This document shows positions 30,393 through 40,667 of a DNA stretch of 47,850 nucleotides, piece after piece. Each line of letters starts with the position of its first letter. Position 1 is the stretch's first letter. A program made the position numbers and the translations under genes. The stretch is from an uncultured delta proteobacterium. GTDB lineage: Bacteria > Desulfobacterota > Desulfuromonadia > Geobacterales > DSM-12255. The notes beneath the pieces are model-generated. The model was given only the letters and a program-made list of their open reading frames with translations, did no database searches and had not been told where the DNA came from. The stretch spans positions 1 to 47,850 of the forward strand of contig CAWBBV010000019.1 in assembly GCA_963787125.1 (NCBI GenBank), read 5' to 3'.

Positions 30393-30421
30393 ATCATACC
30401 CGACAGTGCAGGCTTCGTAAA
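30393..30421 (-). promoter_or_regulatory. Sigma70-type promoter for the chemosensory cluster
   Basis: TTTACG-N17-TATGAT on the minus strand, in the gap between der and the DUF4388 gene. Confidence 0.55.
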
Positions 30422-30443
30422 GGTTTAAGAAAGAGCTTTTCCA

Positions 30444-31766
30444 TCATTTCTTGGCACCCTCTCTTCCTCTGAACATCAGTTTTATGGGTGAACCTGTAAA
30501 ACCGAACGCTTCCCGAAATTTATTGGAAAGATATCGCTCATAAGAGAAATGTATCCCTTCCGGTTGATTGGTGAAGATAACAAATGACGGCGGTTTCACC
30601 GCTACCTGTGTCGCATAATAAAATTTGACCCGTCTCCCGCTGGAGAGTGGTGAATGGTGAGACTCCACAGCCTCTTTAAAGACATGGTTCAAATCAGCAG
30701 TTGAAACTCTTTTAGTGTACTGCTCCATAAGCGCATCAACTTCTGCCATTATTTTGCCTGTTCTCTGGCCACTCTTTGCTGAAACGAAAACAATCGGGGC
30801 AAAAGCAAGATACTTGAATTCCATACGTATCTCTTCAGTGAATTTGCCCATAGAAGCGTTGGTTTTCTCCAGAGTATCCCATTTATTAACAACAAAAAGA
30901 CACGATCTGCCAGCTTCATAAGCATATCCCGCGATCTTGGTGTCCTGCTCCGTCACGCCCTCTTCGGCATTTATAACGATAAGAACAACATCCGCCCGTT
31001 CGATACTCCGCAGGGCATCGACTACACTGTAAGTCTCGATCTTTAGCGAAACCTTTCCCTTTCGCCTGATACCGGCAGTATCAATAAGAAGATATTGTTT
31101 TTTGTTGCAGGTAAAGAGCGTATCAACTGAATCTCTGGTAGTCCCGGCAACCGGATTTGCCACCGATCGCTCAAAACCAAGCAGTCGGTTAACCAACGAA
31201 GACTTGCCAACATTGGGACGACCAACAACTGCAACCTTGACGATCTCATCTTCATCCAGAGCTATCACGCCCTTTGGAAAAGCGGCGATAACATTATCCA
31301 TCAGGTCGCCTATACCGAGGTTATGAGCAGCAGAAACGGTGTAAAAAGTGTCAATGCCGAGTTCATAAAACTCAGTTGAAAGGGCCTCGACTTTCTCGCC
31401 ATCAACTTTATTGACAACATGAAAGACAGGTTTTTTCATCTGCCTTAACATCGAAGCAACTTCACGGTCTGCAACAGTGAGACCCGCTCTGCCGTCCATG
31501 AGAAAAATGACGACATCAGCTTCTTCCATGGCAAGCTGCGACTGAGTCCTCATCTGCTGCAGCAGCAGCTCCTGGCTGACCGGCTCAAAGCCGCCTGTAT
31601 CGATCAGTGTGAACGGAACATCAAACCTGTCCACATTGGCGTAATTTCTATCGCGGGTTACCCCAGGCATATCGTCAACTATAGCTTTGCGTGAACCGAG
31701 CAGCCGATTAAAAAGAGTCGATTTTCCAACATTAGGACGTCCTACTATGGCAACTATTGGTCTCAT
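30444..31766 (-). CDS. der: Ribosome biogenesis GTPase Der (EngA)
   Basis: Two tandem G domains (GRPNVGKS twice, DTGG/DTAG, NKVD/NKWD) and a KH-like C-terminus. Confidence 0.98.
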   Translation of the reverse strand: MRPIVAIVGRPNVGKSTLFNRLLGSRKAIVDDMPGVTRDRNYANVDRFDVPFTLIDTGGFEPVSQELLLQQMRTQSQLAMEEADVVIFLMDGRAGLTVADREVASMLRQMKKPVFHVVNKVDGEKVEALSTEFYELGIDTFYTVSAAHNLGIGDLMDNVIAAFPKGVIALDEDEIVKVAVVGRPNVGKSSLVNRLLGFERSVANPVAGTTRDSVDTLFTCNKKQYLLIDTAGIRRKGKVSLKIETYSVVDALRSIERADVVLIVINAEEGVTEQDTKIAGYAYEAGRSCLFVVNKWDTLEKTNASMGKFTEEIRMEFKYLAFAPIVFVSAKSGQRTGKIMAEVDALMEQYTKRVSTADLNHVFKEAVESHHSPLSSGRRVKFYYATQVAVKPPSFVIFTNQPEGIHFSYERYLSNKFREAFGFTGSPIKLMFRGREGAKK

Positions 31767-32680
31767 TAGTATCCAAACTCCTTCAACTTCTGCGGGTTAT
31801 CGCTCCAGTCGCGTGAAACCTTGACAAACAGCTCCAGATATACCTTCTCTGCAAGAAATTTTTCTATTTCAATGCGGGCTGCCGTGCCGATCCGCTTTAA
31901 CATGTCACCCCGCTTGCCGATGATTATCCCTTTTTGGGAATCTCTCTCAACAATAATTGCCGCGGATATCGCAATAACACCGCCACCGGGACGCTCCTTA
32001 AAACTCTCGACCTGAACTGCAACCGAATAGGGCACTTCATCATGGGTCAGCCTGAACACCTTCTCCCTTACCATTTCGGCAACAACAAAGCGCTCCGGCA
32101 GATCAGTGAGGATGTCGTCCGGAAAATATGCCGGCCCCTCCGGCAAATACCCGCAGACCAGCTCCACTAAACGTTCTACCCCATCACCTTTTTGGGCGGA
32201 AATGGGAACAATCTCGCGAAAAGGGAATAAAGTGCTGTAGGTCTCAATAGCTTGCAACAGCCGTTCTTTCTCAACCAGATCGACTTTGTTTATAATCATG
32301 AAAACCGGAACCGTAACGCCGGCAAGCATCTCTAGAAGCAGTTCTTTTTCAACCGCAGGTGATGAGTTAGCCTCAACCAGAAAAAGAACGACATCAACAC
32401 CCTGCATAGCTTCCATGGCAGTATCAACCAAGGAGCGATTCAGTCTTGATTTCGCCCGGTGAACCCCGGGAGTGTCAACAAAGACAATCTGGCCATGGGA
32501 GAGGTTGTGAATACCCTGAATACGGTTTCTTGTAGTCTGAGGTTTATCCGAAGTGATGACTATTTTTTCACCGAGAATAGCGTTGAGAAGGGTCGATTTT
32601 CCTACATTTGGCCTGCCGACTATTGCCGCAAAACCGGAGTGAAATTGTTTTTTTGTCAAAGATTCCCCTTTATTGTTCAT
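31766..32680 (-). CDS. era: GTPase Era
   Basis: [27 protein letters not shown] domain [11 protein letters not shown]. Confidence 0.98.
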   Translation of the reverse strand: MNNKGESLTKKQFHSGFAAIVGRPNVGKSTLLNAILGEKIVITSDKPQTTRNRIQGIHNLSHGQIVFVDTPGVHRAKSRLNRSLVDTAMEAMQGVDVVLFLVEANSSPAVEKELLLEMLAGVTVPVFMIINKVDLVEKERLLQAIETYSTLFPFREIVPISAQKGDGVERLVELVCGYLPEGPAYFPDDILTDLPERFVVAEMVREKVFRLTHDEVPYSVAVQVESFKERPGGGVIAISAAIIVERDSQKGIIIGKRGDMLKRIGTAARIEIEKFLAEKVYLELFVKVSRDWSDNPQKLKEFGY

Positions 32681-33732
32681 TGATAGACAAGATCACGAAG
32701 GATATCTCCGTGAATAGAGTCACCGTTAGCTGCCAAGCGAATTTTGCCAACAGCAAGAGTTTCATCTGGAAGTACAGCTGAAACAGATACTCCTCTATCT
32801 TCCTTTAATCTGATAATATTTTTTCTTTTTTGACCGACAACATCCGAAATATCTGCCGGAGCTGCATAAATTTTCAAACTGGTGCCGACACTGATCCTGG
32901 CAGCCAGAATATTCAGGAGATCAAACCATCTTTCCCCCTGAGCAAGTTGGCGGAAAGCCGGATGATATGGACCTGCAACAACTTCTCCTCCATAGGAAAG
33001 AACGTCAGTTGGTTGCAGTCCGACCCGAATGACCGGAATATCTGCCAAGGCAGCATCCTGAAGCATGAGCTTGCAAATATCGACAGCGTCTAGAAGCGGT
33101 AGCGGCCGATAACTCCCGTTCTGATACATCTTGGCGAGTCCGGTCCCTTTCAAAACTACAGCAGGATATATCCGGACAAGATCCGGTTTCAGGGAGATTA
33201 TTTTCCTGAAAGAGGCAACAGCACCTGCATATGTCTCCCCTGGCAATCCGGGCATCATCTGTGCCCCTACCTGAAGACCTGCTGTGCGCAGGGTAGCAAA
33301 GGCAGCAACAGTATCCGCTGAGGTATGCCCTCTGCCTGACAGCTCAAGGACATTGTCATCCATTGACTGAACGCCAAGTTCTACCGTAGTCACACCTGAT
33401 TCACGCAGAAAACTAGCTGTGAAAGCAGTTATTGCATCCGGCCTGGTTGAAAGCCTGATTGACGAGACCTCACCAGACTCAATAAGCGGCTGGAGCGGTG
33501 CGAGTAGCTTTTGCTGCAGCTCAACTGGAAGCAGTGTAAAAGAGCCACCATAGAAAGCAACCTCAACCGACTCAGCTCCAGATGATCTGCGCCATGCCTT
33601 GATTGATGATATAATTTCACACACATCCGGAATTGCGCCACTGCTGCCGGAAATGGCCTTTTGATCACAAAAAACACACTGGTGCGGACACCCTTGATGA
33701 GCGATGAAAAAAGGGACTATTACTCTTTTCAT
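32677..33732 (-). CDS. Radical SAM protein (Elp3-like family)
   Basis: [34 protein letters not shown]. Confidence 0.9.
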   Translation of the reverse strand: MKRVIVPFFIAHQGCPHQCVFCDQKAISGSSGAIPDVCEIISSIKAWRRSSGAESVEVAFYGGSFTLLPVELQQKLLAPLQPLIESGEVSSIRLSTRPDAITAFTASFLRESGVTTVELGVQSMDDNVLELSGRGHTSADTVAAFATLRTAGLQVGAQMMPGLPGETYAGAVASFRKIISLKPDLVRIYPAVVLKGTGLAKMYQNGSYRPLPLLDAVDICKLMLQDAALADIPVIRVGLQPTDVLSYGGEVVAGPYHPAFRQLAQGERWFDLLNILAARISVGTSLKIYAAPADISDVVGQKRKNIIRLKEDRGVSVSAVLPDETLAVGKIRLAANGDSIHGDILRDLVYQ

Positions 33733-34430
33733 TTATTTAAGAATTCAATAGCTTTGCGAGCCGCAGCCTGCTGCGCTTCCTTCTTGCTCTTTCCCATGCC
33801 TGCACCGGCAACAACATTATTTACCTTCACTGAGACTGTATATACTTTGTCATGATCGGGCCCCTCAGCATTTGTCAGCTCATAATCAGGCGTCGCGGCA
33901 AAGAGTGACTGGGTAATTTCCTGCAACTCCGTCTTAAAATCCCTTGAGATGATACCTGCACTGGCACGCACTTCTGTAAGGCTCGCAAAATGAATATTTA
34001 CAACTTTCTCGACAGCTGTAATACCCCCATCGAGATATATCGCCGCTAGTAGAGCTTCATAGGCGTCAGCCAGAAGAGATTTTTTTTCTCTTCCTCCGCT
34101 TCTTTCCTCACCTTTTCCGAGAGAAAGATGTGCTCCAATACCAAGCGTTGCGGCAATATCCGACAGACTAGCTTCATCGACCAGAGCAGCTCGCATCCGC
34201 GTCAACTCCCCCTCCCTAGCCTCAGGGAAGCGGCTGAAGAGAAGGTGACTGATAAGAAAATCAAGAATCGAGTCTCCAAAGAACTCAAGACGCTGATTGT
34301 CGACAACTCCTTGTGTCTCGCTTGAATGAGAGCGGTGTGTTAGCGCTTCTGTTAAAAATGTTCGGTCACAGAAGCAGTAACCGATCTTTTTTTCCAATAG
34401 AGCGTATTTATCATCATGATTATCTGGCAC
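33729..34430 (-). CDS. rnc: Ribonuclease III
   Basis: ALTHRS, NQRLEFFGDS, ADAYEA, dsRBD with GKSKKEAQQAAA. Confidence 0.96.
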   Translation of the reverse strand: MPDNHDDKYALLEKKIGYCFCDRTFLTEALTHRSHSSETQGVVDNQRLEFFGDSILDFLISHLLFSRFPEAREGELTRMRAALVDEASLSDIAATLGIGAHLSLGKGEERSGGREKKSLLADAYEALLAAIYLDGGITAVEKVVNIHFASLTEVRASAGIISRDFKTELQEITQSLFAATPDYELTNAEGPDHDKVYTVSVKVNNVVAGAGMGKSKKEAQQAAARKAIEFLNK

Positions 34431-34438
34431 AGTCCTAC

Positions 34439-34468
34439 ACTATACACGGACTATGTCCTTATTATCAA
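34439..34468 (-). promoter_or_regulatory. Sigma70-type promoter for rnc operon
   Basis: TTGATA-N18-TATAGT on the minus strand. Confidence 0.5.
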
Positions 34469-34499
34469 TAGATATAGCATGGTTTAAGGGTCTTTAGGC

Positions 34500-34528
34500 T
34501 TGATTTATTCCCCCCCCTCTCTTATACT
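34500..34528 (+). promoter_or_regulatory. Sigma70-type promoter for tmk-holB-ricT-metG
   Basis: TTGATT-N17-TATACT. Confidence 0.62.
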
Positions 34529-34555
34529 TTTGCAGTTTTAGTGAGGAAATTATTT

Positions 34556-35209
34556 ATGGCGTACTTCATAACATTCGAAGGTATTGAGGGCTGTGGCAAA
34601 ACAACCCAGATACGGCTGCTTGGAAGTGCATTAAGCCTTTCCGGCAAAAAGGTTGTCCTCACTCGCGAGCCTGGTGGTTGCAAGATTTCTGATAAAATCC
34701 GGGCCATTCTGCTCGATTCAGAGAACAGCGAAATGACCCCCCTGGCAGAATTGCTCCTTTATGCGGCTGCCCGGGCTCAACACATTAATGAAATTATCAG
34801 GCCTGCTCTTGACACTGGCGACATTGTTCTCTGTGACCGCTATACTGACGCTACTGTTGCCTATCAAGGCTTTGCCAGAGGAATTGACCTCAGCCTTATC
34901 AACAGGCTTAACGAAACAGCCACAAACGGTTGCAACCCGAACCTTACGATTCTGATTGACTGCCCTGTAGAAACCGGACTGGAACGTGCCCTCGCCAGGA
35001 TAGAGGCAGGAAGCGCATCAGATAGCAGCCATCTGCGCGAAGAGCGCTTCGAAAAAGAGTCGCTCGAGTTTCATCAAAAAGTTAGAAATGGCTATCTTGC
35101 CCTTGCTGCCCGGTCACCGGACAGATTTGTCGTTATAGATGGCACTGCAAGCGTACCTGATATCGCAGCAAACGTATTAATAGCCGTGTCAGCAAGGATT
35201 GGCAACTGA
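34556..35209 (+). CDS. tmk: Thymidylate kinase
   Basis: FITFEGIEGCGKTTQ, TREPGG, CDRY, AYQG. ATG at 34556 follows GAGGA. Confidence 0.97.
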   Translation: MAYFITFEGIEGCGKTTQIRLLGSALSLSGKKVVLTREPGGCKISDKIRAILLDSENSEMTPLAELLLYAAARAQHINEIIRPALDTGDIVLCDRYTDATVAYQGFARGIDLSLINRLNETATNGCNPNLTILIDCPVETGLERALARIEAGSASDSSHLREERFEKESLEFHQKVRNGYLALAARSPDRFVVIDGTASVPDIAANVLIAVSARIGN

Positions 35210-36168
35210 TGCCTTTCAGTGAAATCGCCGGACATGCTGCAAACATCGCAACCATCAAAAAGGTCCTTGCCTCGGGCAGAGTTGCCCATGCATACCTGTT
35301 CTCCGGGCCGGAAGGTGTAGGCAAGAAAAAAGTCGCTACCGCCTTCATTGAAGCCCTCTTCTGCGGCAAAACTGAAGGGTGTGGTGACTGTCTATCCTGT
35401 CGAAAGATTGCTTCAGGGAACCATCCTGACATTCATCTACTGGAACCTGACGGTCAGTTCATCAAGGTTGACCAGGTCAGAGCCCTGCAGAAAGATCTTG
35501 CCTACCGGCCTTACGAAGCACTCCGCAAAGCCTGCATTATTGATGGAGCTGACCGGTTTAATCTTTCCTCAGGAAATTCTCTTTTGAAGACCCTTGAAGA
35601 ACCACCGGGCAATGCCATTTTGATCCTTTTGGCGGCAACTGTGGACGCCGTTCTGCCGACTATCCGCTCTCGTTGCCAGCAAATTTCTTTTTCAGGAGTG
35701 CCCGTTGGTGAAATTACCGATTTTTTGGCGACAACGGGTATTGATGCTGAAACTGCCAGAGTAGCAGCATCACTTGCACAAGGAAGCATTTCCCGTGGAT
35801 TATCTCTCAGCAGAGATGAGATCATGACTGAGCGCGCAACTATCATCAGCAGCGCCTGTAATCTCTCCATGAACAGTATGCTTGACCTTTTTGCCTTTGG
35901 TGAACAGTTTGACAAGGATCGTGAAAAAACTCTGCGGACGCTGGAAATTCTGACAAGTTTCTGGCGGGACATGCTCCTTCTGCGCAGCGAATCAACAGGT
36001 ATTGTCAACAATGATCTTTCACCGCTGATTGAAAAGGAAGCAGCAAGGCGCTCCACGGAGCTTTTGCTGCTGGGAGTCGAAACGCTGGGAAGAACCCGGC
36101 AGGCCATACTACGCAATGCGAATGTCCGTTTGGCAATGGATGTTCTTTCCATGCAGCTCGCAACTTGA
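35209..36168 (+). CDS. holB: DNA polymerase III delta' subunit
   Basis: HAYLFSGPEGVGK, Zn module, HPD, NSLLKTLEEPP, TIRSRC. Confidence 0.95.
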   Translation: MPFSEIAGHAANIATIKKVLASGRVAHAYLFSGPEGVGKKKVATAFIEALFCGKTEGCGDCLSCRKIASGNHPDIHLLEPDGQFIKVDQVRALQKDLAYRPYEALRKACIIDGADRFNLSSGNSLLKTLEEPPGNAILILLAATVDAVLPTIRSRCQQISFSGVPVGEITDFLATTGIDAETARVAASLAQGSISRGLSLSRDEIMTERATIISSACNLSMNSMLDLFAFGEQFDKDREKTLRTLEILTSFWRDMLLLRSESTGIVNNDLSPLIEKEAARRSTELLLLGVETLGRTRQAILRNANVRLAMDVLSMQLAT

Positions 36169-36184
36169 GATTATCGGAGGAAAA

Positions 36185-37189
36185 TTGACAAGGATTGTAA
36201 AAGTGCAGTTCCATTCTGCAGAAAAACTTTATGACTTCAACCCTGGCGCCATAGAACTTAACACCGGCGATAAGGTTATAGTTGAAACCGATCGAGGAAA
36301 GAGTATGGCGACTGTTGCCACTCCACCGACTGACATTCCTGCTGCGCTTGCCCCGGAATCGCTGAAAACGATACTGCGCAAAGCTACTTATTCCGACCTG
36401 GAAGCTGCAGATCGCAACAGAGCGAGAGAAAAGGAGACTCATGTCTTCTGTCAGGCAAAAATTGCCGAACGCAATCTGGAGATGAAGCTGGTAAAGGTTG
36501 AGTATGTCTTTGACGGTAGCAAGGCAATCTTCTACTTCACCGCTGACGGACGCATTGATTTTCGTGATCTTGTCAAGGATCTTGCCCAACAATTTCATAC
36601 CAGAATCGAAATGAAGCAGATCGGCGTGCGTGATGAAGCCAAGATTGTAGGCGGTATTGGTATCTGTGGACGAGAGCTCTGCTGTTCGTCTTTTCTCCGT
36701 GACTTTGCACCGGTATCGGTAAAAATGGCAAAAGAGCAAAATCTTGCACTCAATCCGACAAAAATTTCCGGACAGTGCGGCAGACTCCTTTGCTGTCTTG
36801 GCTACGAGTTTGAGACCTACTGCGAACTCCGCAAGGGGCTCCCTAAATGCGGGAAACACCTGAAATGCTCAGGTGTTGAAGGCGAAGTGGTCAAGGTCAA
36901 CACTCTTAAAAGAAGCTTTACACTCCGGACACCGGATTCTCGTGAAATTCAGTGCACTCCTGAAGATATTAACAGTGAGGCAGTTATTGCGCCCGCTGTT
37001 GTCACCTCAAAGGAGCCGAAAAAGGCTCCGCCAATAAACAAAGAGAGTTCCGGGCAAACTTCGAATGAGGCCAGACAACGTAGCAGCGAAAACGATAAAG
37101 GTGCATCAGCCGGGCGTCGCCGCAGCAGGAACAGAAGCAGGAACAGCGGCGGTAAAGGTAAGCCGGAAAAGCCGAAGGAGACCCCATGA
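36185..37189 (+). CDS. ricT: PSP1-domain protein (YaaT/RicT family)
   Basis: FYFTADGRIDFRDLV, CGRELCC, KISGQCGRLLCCL. TTG at 36185 follows GGAGG; basic disordered tail. Confidence 0.88.
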   Translation: MTRIVKVQFHSAEKLYDFNPGAIELNTGDKVIVETDRGKSMATVATPPTDIPAALAPESLKTILRKATYSDLEAADRNRAREKETHVFCQAKIAERNLEMKLVKVEYVFDGSKAIFYFTADGRIDFRDLVKDLAQQFHTRIEMKQIGVRDEAKIVGGIGICGRELCCSSFLRDFAPVSVKMAKEQNLALNPTKISGQCGRLLCCLGYEFETYCELRKGLPKCGKHLKCSGVEGEVVKVNTLKRSFTLRTPDSREIQCTPEDINSEAVIAPAVVTSKEPKKAPPINKESSGQTSNEARQRSSENDKGASAGRRRSRNRSRNSGGKGKPEKPKETP

Positions 37190-38715
37190 GTAAAACATTT
37201 TACGTCACTACCCCGATTTATTACGTTAATGATGTCCCACACATTGGGCACGCTTATACAACTCTCGCAGCTGATGTTCTCGCACGCTACCGGACCATTC
37301 AGGGAGACCGGGTGTTCTTCCTGACCGGCACCGACGAACATGGTCAAAAGGTGGAAAAAGCCGCTAACTCTGCCGGAGAGACCCCACTGGAACTTGCCGA
37401 TCGAGTCATGAAGCGCTTCCAAGCGCTCTGGGAAAAGCTTAATATCAACTACAGCGACTTTATCCGCACAACCCAGGAGCGCCACAAAAAAGGTGTGGCA
37501 GATATCTTCAGCCAGCTGATGGCTCAGGGAGACATCTACCTGGGTGAGTATGAAGACTGGTACTGCACCCCCTGCGAAACCTTTTGGACTGAAACCCAGC
37601 TTAACGAAGGCAAGTGCCCGGACTGCAACCGGCTCGTCGACAAACTGAAAGAAGAGTCTTACTTCTTCCGGATGAGCAGTTATCAGGAACGTCTTCTTGA
37701 GTATATCGACGCAAATCCTGACTTTATCCAGCCGAAGAGCAAACGCAACGAAATTGTCTCATTTGTCAAAGAGGGTCTGCGCGACCTTTCTGTGTCCCGT
37801 ACCACCTTTAACTGGGGAATTCCTGTCCCTGGCAACGAAAAGCATATAATTTATGTCTGGTTTGATGCACTGTCAAACTACATAACTGCACTCGGTTACC
37901 CGGATAAAAATGGCGACTACGGCAGCTTCTGGCCGGTGGACGTTCACCTTATCGGTAAAGATATTCTTCGCTTTCACGCCGTATACTGGCCGACCTTCCT
38001 CATGGCAGCAGGTCTGCCTCTCCCCAAAAAGGTTTTTGCCCACGGCTGGTGGACTGTTGAAGGCCAGAAAATGAGCAAAAGCCTCCAGAACGTGGTAGAA
38101 CCGAACATGCTTATCGACCGTTACGGCGTTGATGCCGTCCGCTACTTCCTCCTTCGGGAGGTTCCTTTCGGACTTGACGGCGATTTTTCGCACGCTGCAC
38201 TGGTCAACAGAATAAACTCAGACCTTGCCAATGATCTCGGCAACCTCCTTAATCGCTCAACAGCGATGATCACTAAATATTTCGAGGGGATACTGCCCAA
38301 GTGTGGCCCAATGAGCGATCTCGACAGAGCGTACATGGAGAAGAGCATCTCTATGATAACGAGTGTGGATACTCATATTAGTGAACTCGCTTTCAGTAAG
38401 GCACTGCAGAGCATCTGGGAGACCATCTCCGCCGGCAATAAATACATCGACGAAAACGCTCCCTGGGCACTGGCAAAAGACCCTGCCATGGCTGAACGAC
38501 TTGGAACTGTCATGTACTGCCTCGCAGAGTCGCAGCGGCTTGTATATTCACTCCTGGCGGCATTCATGCCGACAACCGCTGAGAAGGGTCTAGGTTATCT
38601 CGGTGGAGAATATCCACCGACGACAGCATCACTCCAGTGGGGAAAGCTGTGCGGGGGCACAAAGATCATAAAAGCAGAAGCACTGTTTCCAAGGATTGAG
38701 GAGAAAGGTGAGTAA
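37186..38715 (+). CDS. metG: Methionine--tRNA ligase (short form, no C-terminal tRNA-binding domain)
   Basis: TTPIYYVND-PHIGH, one Zn knuckle, KMSKS. Confidence 0.97.
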   Translation: MSKTFYVTTPIYYVNDVPHIGHAYTTLAADVLARYRTIQGDRVFFLTGTDEHGQKVEKAANSAGETPLELADRVMKRFQALWEKLNINYSDFIRTTQERHKKGVADIFSQLMAQGDIYLGEYEDWYCTPCETFWTETQLNEGKCPDCNRLVDKLKEESYFFRMSSYQERLLEYIDANPDFIQPKSKRNEIVSFVKEGLRDLSVSRTTFNWGIPVPGNEKHIIYVWFDALSNYITALGYPDKNGDYGSFWPVDVHLIGKDILRFHAVYWPTFLMAAGLPLPKKVFAHGWWTVEGQKMSKSLQNVVEPNMLIDRYGVDAVRYFLLREVPFGLDGDFSHAALVNRINSDLANDLGNLLNRSTAMITKYFEGILPKCGPMSDLDRAYMEKSISMITSVDTHISELAFSKALQSIWETISAGNKYIDENAPWALAKDPAMAERLGTVMYCLAESQRLVYSLLAAFMPTTAEKGLGYLGGEYPPTTASLQWGKLCGGTKIIKAEALFPRIEEKGE

Positions 38716-38792
38716 GCTCAACTTTCAAACCAAGTTAAATGTCCATGTTATTTATTTATAACTATCAACAATCCCCATTAATTTCCGGCCAC

Positions 38793-38834
38793 GTCCCGCT
38801 CTTGCATTTTCAGCGAGATGCGGGACATTTTTTT
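38793..38834 (+). terminator. Probable intrinsic terminator after metG
   Basis: GTCCCGC-TCTTGC...GCGAGA-T-GCGGGAC followed by A and T7. Confidence 0.65.
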
Positions 38835-38840
38835 ATCTGA

Positions 38841-40667
38841 ATGTTCCTGCCTGTATCAGTACTGAGGTCCCAAACTGTGCTGTGTGATTCTGTCCCACTA
38901 ACTTTCCAGCTACGTACGACTGTCAGTATTACACTGCTCATATTGCTGTTCATGGTTTTCTGTCCCAATGCTTCGGCACTCGAACCGCTCACAGTGCGCG
39001 TGGAAGGGGTAGAAGGAGAGCCACTTAAAAATGTGGAAGCGGCCCTCACCCCCCCTTCCGGACTTGTCAAGGACGGCAAGGTAGACAGGCTCTGGCTAGA
39101 GAGATTTAGTCGTAAAGCAGACAATATGGCCAAATCAGCTCTGGAAACTTACGGCTACTATGACGCGCAGGTTTCCAGCTCCCTGCAGGTAAACGAGAAG
39201 ACAGAATCTCTTCTGCTGGTAAAAGTGACCTTAGGCATACCGACCCGCCTGAGCATTACTGACGTGAAATTGCAGGGACCAGGCGCCAGTGAAGACCTGT
39301 TGCGGGAAGAAGTTGCCTCATTTCCACTCCGGACTGGAGACATCCTGCTGCAGGAACTTTACGAGAAAGCCAAAAAAGAACTGCTCGCAACCGCCAGAAA
39401 ACTTGGTTATCTGGATGCTGATTTTTCAGTCCACAAAATCCTGGTAAATCCGCCCACGGCCAGCGCAGAGATTCACCTGGAACTTGAGACTGGCCCACTC
39501 TACCGGTTTGGCACGACAACTATCAAAGGGACGACATATTACCCTGAGGAGCTGCTGCGGCGGTTTATCACTTTCTCCGCAGACGAGCCTTTTTCCTATA
39601 AAGCTCTCGCAAAAACCCAGGTGAATTTTGTCAGCAGCGCCTATTTCAAAAATGTGAGCATCACCCCCCATAAGGATGAGGCCAGCGATTACCGGGTACC
39701 GGTGGTCATCCAGCTGGAACCGTCGCCGCGACGCACCATCCGCCCCGGAATCGGCTACGGCACCGACACTGGCGCGCGCGCTTCGATCTCCTACAAAGAT
39801 CTGAGTCTGCTTTCCCCCGGCCATATCTTCACCATCGACGCCACTATTGCTCAGCTCCTTCAAGGGATCAGCTTCGTTTACAGCATTCCCGGCCACCTGG
39901 ACCTAAAAACAGTCACTGCGCTTCAGCTTAACCTGCAACGGGAAGATGTGAACGACACACTGAGTCAGCTGATGTCGCTAGAGGTGCGCAGAACCACCGG
40001 GCTGGGCGCGAATAGCCTTGGGGCAGTTTTTTTCCGGATTCTGCAGGAGAAAAACACTTCTGAGCTTGAAACCTGGACCTCCTTCCTGTTATTGCCTGGA
40101 CTTCAGCTTTCCCAGATTAATTATGATGATCTGATCAACCCCTCAAAAGGGTATCATCTTTCGTTGGAAACACGTGGCACTTCCCGGGTAATCGGTTCTG
40201 ATGCAGAGTTTCTCCAGATAATCGCCGAAGGAGTGGGAATTGTACCGCTCCCCTGGCGTCTTGCCATCAAGAGCCGGGTTAAAGGGGGGACAACGGTTTT
40301 CGATGAACCGTCTACCGACCTGCCGACATCACTGCGGTTTTTCGCTGGCGGCAACAACAGCGTGCGGGGCTATGCCTACAAATCACTTGGGCCGGTAGAC
40401 GCCAATGGTGATGTGGTAGGCGGGAAAAAACTGCTGCAAGGGAGTGTCGAGCTGGAGCGGGCCCTCTTCGAACATTGGGCCCTATCGCTTTTTTACGATG
40501 CCGGCAACGCTTTTGATGTCTCCAGCAACTTGAAGATTTATCAGGGAACCGGTATAGGCCTTCACTACAAGACGCCGATTGGGGCTATCAATCTAGATCT
40601 GGCCCGACAACTCGGCGTACCCGACCCCAAATTCAGGGTCCATTTCACCCTAGGGTTCCAGCTATGA
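38841..40667 (+). CDS. tamA: TamA-like Omp85 family outer-membrane protein (start codon uncertain)
   Basis: POTRA-like N-region, GIGYGTDTG, RFFAGGNNSVRGY, TPIGAINLDLA, C-terminal HFTLGFQL. Confidence 0.9.
   Translation: MFLPVSVLRSQTVLCDSVPLTFQLRTTVSITLLILLFMVFCPNASALEPLTVRVEGVEGEPLKNVEAALTPPSGLVKDGKVDRLWLERFSRKADNMAKSALETYGYYDAQVSSSLQVNEKTESLLLVKVTLGIPTRLSITDVKLQGPGASEDLLREEVASFPLRTGDILLQELYEKAKKELLATARKLGYLDADFSVHKILVNPPTASAEIHLELETGPLYRFGTTTIKGTTYYPEELLRRFITFSADEPFSYKALAKTQVNFVSSAYFKNVSITPHKDEASDYRVPVVIQLEPSPRRTIRPGIGYGTDTGARASISYKDLSLLSPGHIFTIDATIAQLLQGISFVYSIPGHLDLKTVTALQLNLQREDVNDTLSQLMSLEVRRTTGLGANSLGAVFFRILQEKNTSELETWTSFLLLPGLQLSQINYDDLINPSKGYHLSLETRGTSRVIGSDAEFLQIIAEGVGIVPLPWRLAIKSRVKGGTTVFDEPSTDLPTSLRFFAGGNNSVRGYAYKSLGPVDANGDVVGGKKLLQGSVELERALFEHWALSLFYDAGNAFDVSSNLKIYQGTGIGLHYKTPIGAINLDLARQLGVPDPKFRVHFTLGFQL

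Noticed and set aside
36029..36184. N-terminal extension of the PSP1 ORF in the ORF track
   Set aside because: It overlaps holB; a GGAGG RBS supports the TTG start at 36185.
35511..37485. Long antisense ORFs (35511-36152, 36005-36859, 36949-37485) and similar ones elsewhere
   Set aside because: They shadow well-supported genes on the opposite strand and have no recognisable motifs.
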